From: Candidatus Acidiferrum sp.
GTDB lineage: Bacteria; Acidobacteriota; Terriglobia; Terriglobales; Acidobacteriaceae
DNA: 64,000 nt
Direction of reading: 5' to 3'
Assembly (NCBI GenBank): GCA_035602195.1
Contig: DATNMU010000216.1
Location: forward strand, 4,853-68,852
The notes beneath the pieces were generated by a model that saw only the letters and a program-made list of their open reading frames with translations, had not been told where the DNA came from and searched no databases. The stretch's first letter is position 1. Each line of letters opens with the position of its first letter. Shown here piece after piece: positions 56,818 to 64,000 of the stretch. The position numbers and the translations under genes were made by a program.

Positions 56818-58071
56818 GTGACCGCTTCCCTTGACAGGCGTTTCGTGGAGTCACTAGAGTCCGCGCAGTCCGTATCTGATTCGCGCTGTGAAGATTGGAG
56901 AATCGACGTGGCATACGCCCTGGTTGCACCTGCCCCTTCCACTCATATTCTTGAGTGGCTCGCTATTTCGCTGACGCAAGGACTGGGACCGACCAAGGCG
57001 CGGAAGCTGGTGGAACACTTTGGCGGCGTGCAGGCAGTATTTCAGGCGTCGCTGACTGAGCTGGAGAGCACGGGGATTCAGGCGGTTTCGGCGCAGGCGA
57101 TTGCGACGGGAAAATCGGCGGCGATGGCGCGTGAGGAAATTGCACGGGCGGCGGGGTCGGGAGCGACGGTACTGTCGGGGGAAGATGCGTGCTATCCGGT
57201 GAGGCTGAAGGAGATTTATGATCCGCCGCTGGTGCTGTATGTGCGGGGGAATGCTGAGGTGCTGAAGATGCCGGGGATAGCGATGGTGGGGACGCGGCAT
57301 CCGACGGCGTATGGGTCGGGGATGGCGGAGCGACTGGGGTGCGATCTGGCGGGGCAGGGGCTGGTCATTATTAGTGGGATGGCGCGGGGAGTGGATACGG
57401 CGAGCCATCGCGGGGCGATTGCGGCGAAGGGCAAGACGGTGGCGGTGTTGGGGACGGGAGTGGACGTGATGTATCCGAAAGAGAATTCGCGATTGGCGGA
57501 GCAGATTCTGGCGCTGGGCGGAGCGATCGTTTCGGAATTTGCGATGGGAACGTTTGCGGCGCCGCAGAATTTTCCGATTCGGAATCGGATTTTGAGTGGA
57601 ATGTCGGTGGGAGTGCTGGTGGTGGAGGCCGCGGAATATTCGGGAACGCGGATTACGGCGCGGTGTGCGCTGGAGCAAAATCGCGATGTTTTTGCGGTGC
57701 CGGGGAACGTGACGAATAAAAATTCGTGGGGGCCTAACACGCTGATTAAGCAGGGCGCGAAGCTGGTTGCGACCTGGGAAGATGTGTGGGAAGATTTGCC
57801 GCCGGAGGTAAAAATGGCGCTGACGCCGCCAGCGGCGCCTGAATCCGGCGAGGCGAGTTCGGCATCTCTATTCCCGGACGATGGGCTGCCTCCGCATGAA
57901 AAGCGGATTCTGAGATTGCTGAAGGCAGACGAGGCTACGCATATCGATGAGTTGGTAGAACTTCTGGAGAATGAGTTGTCTTCGTCGGAGATATTCGCGG
58001 CGCTGTTTGAGCTGGAACTGGCGGGGAAAGTGAGGCAGATGGCGGGGAAGAATTTTGTAAAAAGCTTTTAG
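56818..58071 (+). CDS. dprA: DNA-processing protein DprA (start uncertain)
   Basis: GIAMVGTRHPTAYG, LVIISGMARGVDTASHRGA, TVAVLGTGVDVMYPKEN, FPIRNRILSG, GTRITARCALEQNRDVFAVPG, and a C-terminal winged helix. Confidence 0.9.
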   Translation: MTASLDRRFVESLESAQSVSDSRCEDWRIDVAYALVAPAPSTHILEWLAISLTQGLGPTKARKLVEHFGGVQAVFQASLTELESTGIQAVSAQAIATGKSAAMAREEIARAAGSGATVLSGEDACYPVRLKEIYDPPLVLYVRGNAEVLKMPGIAMVGTRHPTAYGSGMAERLGCDLAGQGLVIISGMARGVDTASHRGAIAAKGKTVAVLGTGVDVMYPKENSRLAEQILALGGAIVSEFAMGTFAAPQNFPIRNRILSGMSVGVLVVEAAEYSGTRITARCALEQNRDVFAVPGNVTNKNSWGPNTLIKQGAKLVATWEDVWEDLPPEVKMALTPPAAPESGEASSASLFPDDGLPPHEKRILRLLKADEATHIDELVELLENELSSSEIFAALFELELAGKVRQMAGKNFVKSF

Positions 58072-58133
58072 CTGTTAGCTCTTAGCTTTTAGCTCAACCC
58101 TTCAATCCTTTACGGAATACGCCGGAGGACGCT

Positions 58134-58496
58134 GTGCGAAATTATAGGGATCTGATGGTCTGGGAGAAGGCGCACAAGCTGACACTGGCGGTGTATAAGA
58201 TCACACTTGCGCTTCCCAAGGAAGAGCGGTTCGGGCTAACGAGTCAGATTCGGCGTGAGGCCGCGTCGATTGCCGCGAACTTGGCGGAGGGTTGCGGAAG
58301 GCGCTCCGATGGAGAGATGGCGCGCTACGTCCAGATCTCTATGGGGTCGGGGGCTGAACTGTCTTACCATTTCCTCTTAGCAAAAGACTTGGGATTCATG
58401 CAGGCTGCGGAATACGAGGTTTTGAGTGCGGACGTAAGCGAGATTATGAGGATGTTGCCAGCATTGTCGTGCAAGCTGAGGAAGTCCGCAGCATAG
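58134..58496 (+). CDS. Four-helix-bundle protein (23S rRNA intervening-sequence protein family, TIGR02436-like)
   Basis: YRDLMVWEKAHKLTLAVYKITLALPKEERFGLTSQIRREAASIAANLAEGCGRRSDGEMARYVQISMGSGAEL. Confidence 0.85.
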   Translation: MRNYRDLMVWEKAHKLTLAVYKITLALPKEERFGLTSQIRREAASIAANLAEGCGRRSDGEMARYVQISMGSGAELSYHFLLAKDLGFMQAAEYEVLSADVSEIMRMLPALSCKLRKSAA

Positions 58497-58605
58497 GCAT
58501 TTCAAGCTAAAAGCTAACGGCTAAAAGCTAAAAGCTTTTCACGGTAACTTGTTGCGGCTGTCCCATTCGTGCTAGTTTCGAGACAAATCTTAGAGAGATG
58601 AGGGA

Positions 58606-61101
58606 GTGTTGATAAAAAGTTTAGTCATTGTCGAATCGCCAGCGAAGGCGAAGACCATCCAGAAATATCTGGGGAAGGGTTTCTCTGTCGAGGCCTCGCT
58701 GGGGCATGTGAAGGACTTGCCCAAGAGCACGCTGGGCGTGGATACGAACGACGATTTCGCGACGGATTATGTCGTCATCCCCGGCAAAGAAAAAGTGTTG
58801 GCCAAGCTGAAGAAGATGGCGGCAGGGATGGATGCCATCTTTCTGGCGCCCGACCCGGACCGCGAAGGCGAGGCGATTGCGGCGCATCTGGCTGGCGAAC
58901 TCGAAGAGAACGGCACGAAGAAGGCGAAAAAGAAAAAGAAGAAGGATGAAGAAGAAGGGCCGCCGCGGATTCAGCGGGTGACGTTCAACGAAATTACTAA
59001 GAGGGCGGTGCAGGCGGCGTTCGAGCATCCCAGGGCGATCGATCAGAATCTGGTGGATGCGCAACAGGCGCGGCGCGTGCTTGACCGGCTGGTGGGTTAT
59101 CAAGTTTCTCCGCTGTTGTGGGATAAGGTTCGCCGCGGGATTTCGGCCGGGCGGGTGCAGACGGTTGCGCTGCGGCTAATTGTGGAACGCGAACGCGAGA
59201 TTAAGGCGTTCGAGAAAAAAGAATATTGGACGATTGATGCGCATCTGGCGGCGAACAAGCCTCCGGCATTCGACGCACGGTTTCTGGGCAAGGGCGAGGA
59301 GAAGATTGAAGTCACGAACGGCGAGGATGCGGAAAAGATTCGCGCCGCGCTGGAGCAGGCCGATTGGTTGGTGCGGTCGGTCGATAAAAAAGAGCGGCGG
59401 CGGAATGCAGCGCCTCCTTTCACGACCAGCAAGTTACAGCAAGATTCTTCGCGCAAGTTGCGGTTCAGCGTGAAGCGCACGATGATGATTGCGCAGCGGC
59501 TGTATGAAGGTGTGGAGCTGGGCGAAGAGGGACTCGTCGGTCTGATCACTTACATGCGTACCGATTCGACCCGGGTTGCGCCTGAGGCGATTCAGGAAGT
59601 GCGCGAATACGTGGGCAAGGAATACGGGCCGACGTATCTGCCGGAGACTCCCAATACATATAAAGAGAAGAAGGAAGCGCAGGCGGCACACGAGGCGATT
59701 CGACCGACCTCGGCGATGCGGCATCCCGACCAGATTAAGCAGTATTTAAAAGAAGATGAGTTCAAGGTTTACAAACTGATCTGGCAGAGGTTTGTGGCGT
59801 CGCAGATTATGCCGGCGGTGTTTGACCAAACTACGGTCGATATCGACGCGAAGGGCAAGGCTGAGACATTCTGGTTCCGCGTGACGGGATCGGTGCTGAA
59901 GTTTGATGGATTCCTGAGAGTTTATGAAGAGTCGAAGGAAGGCAAGGACGAGGAAGACGAGGAACTGAAGCACAAGCTGCCGGCACTGGAAGCGGGACAG
60001 AAGCTGACGCTGAAGGAGTTGAAGCCGGAGCAGCACTTCACCGAGCCTCCGCCGCGTTACAACGAAGCGTCGCTGGTGAAAGAACTGGAAGAGCGCGGGA
60101 TTGGGCGTCCTTCAACGTACTCGGCGATCCTGTCGACGATTCAAGAGCGACAGTACGTGCAGAAGTTGGGCGGGAAGTTTACTCCGACTGAGATCGGGTT
60201 AGTGGTCACCGATCTGCTGGTGGAAAACTTCCGCGATATTTTTGACGTGGCCTACACTGCCGGGCTGGAAGAAAAGCTCGACGAGATTGAAGAAGGGAAG
60301 GAAAAGTGGACCGATACGCTCGCCGAGTTCTACAAGAAATTTACGAAGGATCTCAAATATGCCGAAAAGCATATGGAGAACATCAAGCGGATGGAGAAGC
60401 CCACAGACGAGAAGTGCGAGAAGTGTGGCGCACCGCTGGTGATCAAGTGGGGCAGGCACGGGTCGTTCTACGCTTGCAGCACTTACGATAAGGAAGATCC
60501 GAACACTTGCACGTTCACCAAAGAAAATCCCATCAACCTGCCGGATCTGGATTCGGCCGACGTGCAGGAGACCACGCAGGAAGAATATTGCGAGAACTGC
60601 GGGCGGGTGATGGTGCTGAAGCGCGGGCGCTTCGGGCAGTTCATGGCTTGCACGGGTTATCCCGATTGCAAGACGACGCGGCGCCTGGACCAGGGCAAGA
60701 AAGTTCCGGACATTCCGCTGGATGAACTTTGCCCGAAGTGCGGGCGGAATATGATGATCCGGCATGGCCGGTTTGGGGAGTTCACGGCGTGCAGCGGATA
60801 TCCCGAATGCAAGTATGTGAAGCAGAATTTTATCGGGGTGAAGTGTCCGGACTGCAAGGATGGCGAACTGGTGGAGAAACGCGCGCGCAAGGGAAATACG
60901 TTTTACGGGTGCGGAAATTATCCCAAGTGCAAATTTACTTCGGCGCATAAGCCGATCCCGGAGAAGTGCCCGAGCTGCGGCAGCGAGTATCTGGTAGAGA
61001 AATTTTTGAAAGCCGGGCCGGTGATCGCTTGTCCGAATAAAGAGTGCGATTACGAGCGACCGGCTCCGGCAGCGGAAGCGGCGGCGACTACCAGCGCCTG
61101 A
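58606..61101 (+). CDS. topA: DNA topoisomerase I with four C-terminal C4 zinc ribbons
   Basis: LVIVESPAKAKTIQKYLG (Toprim), LAPDPDREGEAIA, GLITYMRTDS (active-site Tyr), and repeated CxxC...CxxC modules (CEKCGAP.., CENCGRV.., CPKCGRN.., CPDCKDG.., CPSCGSE..). Confidence 0.95.
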   Translation: MLIKSLVIVESPAKAKTIQKYLGKGFSVEASLGHVKDLPKSTLGVDTNDDFATDYVVIPGKEKVLAKLKKMAAGMDAIFLAPDPDREGEAIAAHLAGELEENGTKKAKKKKKKDEEEGPPRIQRVTFNEITKRAVQAAFEHPRAIDQNLVDAQQARRVLDRLVGYQVSPLLWDKVRRGISAGRVQTVALRLIVEREREIKAFEKKEYWTIDAHLAANKPPAFDARFLGKGEEKIEVTNGEDAEKIRAALEQADWLVRSVDKKERRRNAAPPFTTSKLQQDSSRKLRFSVKRTMMIAQRLYEGVELGEEGLVGLITYMRTDSTRVAPEAIQEVREYVGKEYGPTYLPETPNTYKEKKEAQAAHEAIRPTSAMRHPDQIKQYLKEDEFKVYKLIWQRFVASQIMPAVFDQTTVDIDAKGKAETFWFRVTGSVLKFDGFLRVYEESKEGKDEEDEELKHKLPALEAGQKLTLKELKPEQHFTEPPPRYNEASLVKELEERGIGRPSTYSAILSTIQERQYVQKLGGKFTPTEIGLVVTDLLVENFRDIFDVAYTAGLEEKLDEIEEGKEKWTDTLAEFYKKFTKDLKYAEKHMENIKRMEKPTDEKCEKCGAPLVIKWGRHGSFYACSTYDKEDPNTCTFTKENPINLPDLDSADVQETTQEEYCENCGRVMVLKRGRFGQFMACTGYPDCKTTRRLDQGKKVPDIPLDELCPKCGRNMMIRHGRFGEFTACSGYPECKYVKQNFIGVKCPDCKDGELVEKRARKGNTFYGCGNYPKCKFTSAHKPIPEKCPSCGSEYLVEKFLKAGPVIACPNKECDYERPAPAAEAAATTSA

Positions 61102-61253
61102 ACATTGAGTGATTGGGCGATTGAGTCATTGGGTAATTACGTAATTTGCCTTGGCTTGGGTTTCATTTGCTTCGCGGGTTTTTCGATTGCTTAATCGCAC
61201 AATTACACAATCGCTCAATTTCCCAATTACCACATTTCCTGTGAGGTGAATTT

Positions 61254-61715
61254 ATGGCGAAGAAGGCTACGGCTGCGGATGCCCAACTGATTATGCAACT
61301 TTACGATTTGCGCCGTGAGGCGGAGATGCGCAAGGCGCGCAATTGGTGGGTCGGCGGATTCTGGCCACGCAGCGCCGACGATTTCTCGAAAGTCGCGTTT
61401 ACTCCAGGAACACAGGAGAACAACTGGCTGCGCCAGGTCACCGGGTACTGGAGTATGGCGGCGGCGTTCGTATTGCAGGGAGCGTTGAACGCGGATTTAT
61501 TTCTGCAACCGGCGGTGAGTGGAGAAATGTTTATTGTCTTCGCCAAGGTTCAGCCGTTTCTGAAAGAGTTGCGAGAAAAGGCCGGCGACCCGAACATGTT
61601 TGGAACCATTGAGAAAGTGATCATGAGTTCGAAGTGGGGGCGCGAGCGATTGAAGTTCATCGTGAAGCGCGTGGAGATGATGCGGGAGAAGATGACGGCT
61701 GCGAAAGCGAGCTAA
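61254..61715 (+). CDS. Conserved hypothetical protein
   Basis: 153 aa. MAKKATAADAQLIMQLYDLRREAEMRKARNWW... Good coding composition, SD-like gaggtga upstream. No family recognised. Confidence 0.55.
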   Translation: MAKKATAADAQLIMQLYDLRREAEMRKARNWWVGGFWPRSADDFSKVAFTPGTQENNWLRQVTGYWSMAAAFVLQGALNADLFLQPAVSGEMFIVFAKVQPFLKELREKAGDPNMFGTIEKVIMSSKWGRERLKFIVKRVEMMREKMTAAKAS

Positions 61716-62025
61716 GGAACCGAGCATCGAGCTTCGCTCGAATGGACAGCCCCATCAGATTCGCGCAGGGGCAGGCTTGGGCAGCTGCGCTCACATTGGC
61801 TGCTCTCTGTTATCCTACTCGGTTGTGCGGATGATCTGGTGGTTCCTGATCCTGGGTGTGAGCACGCTGGTGGTAGTGTGCGTGGCGATCGCCTTGTACA
61901 TGCGATTGCGGCGGCATTTGCTGGCTGCGCATGCGGCGCACGGACTTGCGAGCGAAGCAGAGGGCGAGCATCGATCAGAAAGCGTGGAACCCTGATGTCC
62001 CGCGTTGAGAGTTAGGAGATTTTCC

Positions 62026-62610
62026 ATGGACAAAGTGGCCAGTAGTCAAACATTGAGTGCGCAGCACGCGCGCGCTTCCGAGACCGCGCGGCAAGTTGCC
62101 GTTGTGGTGGGAGCGAGTTTGTTTGTTGCATTGTGCGCGCGGATTACGATTCCGCTGCCGTTCACTCCGGTGCCGCTGACGGTGCAGAATTTTGGCGTGC
62201 TGCTGGTTGGCTTGCTGCTGGGCAGCAAGCGCGGATTCGCGGCGCTCGCTTTGTATCTGGCCGAGGGCGCGATCGGCATGCCGGTATTCAATCCCACCGG
62301 TGCGGGTGGGGTGGCACAGTTGTTCGGCGCCACAGGCGGGTTTTTGCTGGCTTATCCGCTGGTGGCATGGGCGGCGGGATTTGTGATGGAACGCGGAAGG
62401 AAAACTTTCGCACGCGCCGCGCTGGGCGGGCTTTTGGGCGAGGTTATACTTTTTACTGGCGGTTTGGCCTGGTTGAGCGTTCTTGCACACTCGATCGCGC
62501 AGGCGTTCCGCTGGGGGCTTTACTGGTTTCTGTTTGCGGAAGTGATCAAGGTGATGGCAGCGGCGGGAATTGCGGCGAAGTGGCAGAGCCGGCAAGAGAG
62601 CCGCCCCTGA
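62026..62610 (+). CDS. bioY: Biotin transporter BioY
   Basis: [31 protein letters not shown]...[12 protein letters not shown] is typical of the BioY S-component. Confidence 0.85.
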   Translation: MDKVASSQTLSAQHARASETARQVAVVVGASLFVALCARITIPLPFTPVPLTVQNFGVLLVGLLLGSKRGFAALALYLAEGAIGMPVFNPTGAGGVAQLFGATGGFLLAYPLVAWAAGFVMERGRKTFARAALGGLLGEVILFTGGLAWLSVLAHSIAQAFRWGLYWFLFAEVIKVMAAAGIAAKWQSRQESRP

Positions 62611-62644
62611 AGAACGCAGAGAATCGACGGCGGAGTTCAATTTC

Positions 62645-63526
62645 ATGACGGTTATTTCTGAACAAGAAGCAAGGATTTCAGGCAATGCGGGCCGGGACGT
62701 GCGTGAGATCAGCATTGCTCATAGTCCGGATTCCGATGATGCGTTCATGTTTTATGGTCTTGCTACCAATAAGGTTCGGGTGGCGGGGCTGCGCTTCACG
62801 CACACGTTGTGCGATATCGAGACTTTGAATCAGAAGGCGCGCGAAGGAATTTATGACGTCACGGCGATTTCGTTTCACGCCTATCCTTATATTCAGGATT
62901 TGTATGCGCTGATGTCGTGCGGCGGAAGCGTGGGCGAAGGTTATGGTCCGATGATTGTTTCGCCGCGGGCGTTTACGGAGAGCGAGATCAAAGTGAAGCG
63001 CATCGCGGTTCCCGGAAAGCTTACGACTGCTTACCTGGCTCTGCAGTTGTTTGCGCCGGGAGTGCAGACGGAGGTTGTGCCGTTCGACCAGATAATTCCT
63101 CAGGTGCTTGCGGGGAATTACGAAGCTGGACTGATCATCCACGAAGGGCAGCTGACTTACGACAAGGTTGGATTGCATCGCGTGATCGACCTTGGAAGAT
63201 GGTGGCAAAAGATGACTGGGCTGCCGCTGCCACTGGGAGGAAATGCGATCCGGCGGGCGCTGGGGCCAGAGTTGATGTCGGCTGTTAGCGGCGCATTGCG
63301 TGACAGCATTCAGTATGCGCTCGACCATCGTGAAGAAGCATTGTCTTACGCGATGCAGTTTGCCCGCGATCTCGACGCGCAGACCGCAGACCGCTTTGTA
63401 GGCATGTATGTGAATGAACGGACGCTCGACTACGGTCCGGAAGGGCGCGAGGGCGTGGAGCGGTTGCTGGATATGGGGCACAAGGCGGGAATTATTGGGC
63501 CGCGGGCACGCGTGGAATGGGTGTAA
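62645..63526 (+). CDS. mqnD: MqnA/MqnD-family menaquinone biosynthesis protein (probably 1,4-dihydroxy-6-naphthoate synthase MqnD)
   Basis: [18 protein letters not shown]..., [44 protein letters not shown]. Confidence 0.7.
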   Translation: MTVISEQEARISGNAGRDVREISIAHSPDSDDAFMFYGLATNKVRVAGLRFTHTLCDIETLNQKAREGIYDVTAISFHAYPYIQDLYALMSCGGSVGEGYGPMIVSPRAFTESEIKVKRIAVPGKLTTAYLALQLFAPGVQTEVVPFDQIIPQVLAGNYEAGLIIHEGQLTYDKVGLHRVIDLGRWWQKMTGLPLPLGGNAIRRALGPELMSAVSGALRDSIQYALDHREEALSYAMQFARDLDAQTADRFVGMYVNERTLDYGPEGREGVERLLDMGHKAGIIGPRARVEWV

Positions 63527-63674
63527 GGAGAGCTTTTAGCCATTAGCTTTTTAGCTCTGGGCTTCGGCAGCTTGCATTCGGCACTTCATTGTCGCAAATA
63601 TTTGTTCGAAAGGATGTGGTCGGCGCCAGCCAGACTGCATCTTGAGATTTGAGCTAAGGCAAAGAGTTAAGAGC

Positions 63675-64000
63675 TTGCTTCCCCAGACACTTCTCATCGA
63701 CGCGGACGATACATTGTGGGAGAACAATGTCTATTTTGAGCGGGCGATCGCACGCTTTATTTCATTCCTGAATCATCACGAGTTTTCTGCGGAGCAGGTG
63801 CGCGAAGTGCTGAACGATGTGGAGCGGGAATGCATCGTGAAGCATGGTTATGGTTTGCACAGCTTTGCGCATGCGCTGGTGGATACGTTTGAGCGGCTGA
63901 GCGTGAATCCGGTAACGCCGGAGTTACATGGGCAGATCAGGAGCTTTGCCCACAGCATCGAAGATCACCCCATAGAGCCCTTGCCGGAGGTTTTTCAGAC
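63675..64000 (+). CDS. HAD-superfamily hydrolase, 5' part (runs off the window)
   Basis: Not in the ORF track. My translation from TTG 63675 gives LLPQTLLIDADDTLWENNVYFERAIARFISFLNH...; the DxDxT motif I is present. Confidence 0.5.
   Translation, partial: MLPQTLLIDADDTLWENNVYFERAIARFISFLNHHEFSAEQVREVLNDVERECIVKHGYGLHSFAHALVDTFERLSVNPVTPELHGQIRSFAHSIEDHPIEPLPEVFQ

Noticed and set aside
56854-57678. 274-aa minus-strand ORF opposite dprA. Similar long antisense ORFs lie opposite topA (58621-59103, 60199-60948), bioY/mqnD (61975-62715, 62678-63481), mqnC (53789-54382, 54169-54942) and mqnA (56189-56725).
   Set aside because: All have Arg/Pro/His-rich shadow-frame composition and overlap well-supported genes on the other strand.

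Overview
This is a 64-kb chromosomal window with high GC (about 58-60% by eye). Its gene content looks acidobacterial (Terriglobia-like): giant CarboxypepD_reg/TonB-type outer-membrane proteins, an acidobacterial-type VWFA protein and futalosine-pathway menaquinone genes. Most of it is housekeeping backbone:
- part of a dcw cluster (murE-murF-mraY-murD);
- an acyl-CoA mutase, glgC, hisS, aspS, cmk, mutL, rpsU and an MtaB-like methylthiotransferase;
- infC-rpmI-rplT-pheS-pheT, an aminotransferase, sodC, zapB-like/zapA, mqnC, mqnA, dprA, topA, bioY and an mqnD-like gene;
- a translationally coupled ECF sigma / anti-sigma / B-box / DUF4097 operon;
- four type II toxin-antitoxin pairs (3 VapBC, 1 ParE-type).

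Three things stand out.
1. At 40707-40792 (minus strand) there is a tRNA-like gene with a non-canonical SelC/allo-tRNA-type architecture: an 8-9 bp acceptor stem, a 4-bp T stem, a 5-bp D stem with a 4-nt loop, and a long variable arm. Its anticodon loop is not UCA. Its 3' end abuts a lower-GC accessory island (about 37.9-40.7 kb). That island holds a degenerate MazF-like remnant and two unrecognisable genes, one encoding a membrane-anchored 255-aa protein and one a 488-aa protein with a C-terminal Gly/Ala-zipper tail. This is my best candidate for an undescribed system.
2. Nearly every intergenic spacer is filled with at least six families of short hairpin or low-complexity repeats. Copies of the same modules sit in frame inside intact essential genes (pheT three times, mtaB, mqnA). 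This resembles Rickettsia palindromic elements.
3. Several small cassettes are bracketed by repeats: a PD-(D/E)XK endonuclease gene, a four-helix-bundle gene and a ParE TA pair next to an IS1595 transposase remnant.

I found no rRNA, CRISPR array or intact transposase. All calls come from reading the ORF translations and the DNA by eye; no searches were run.
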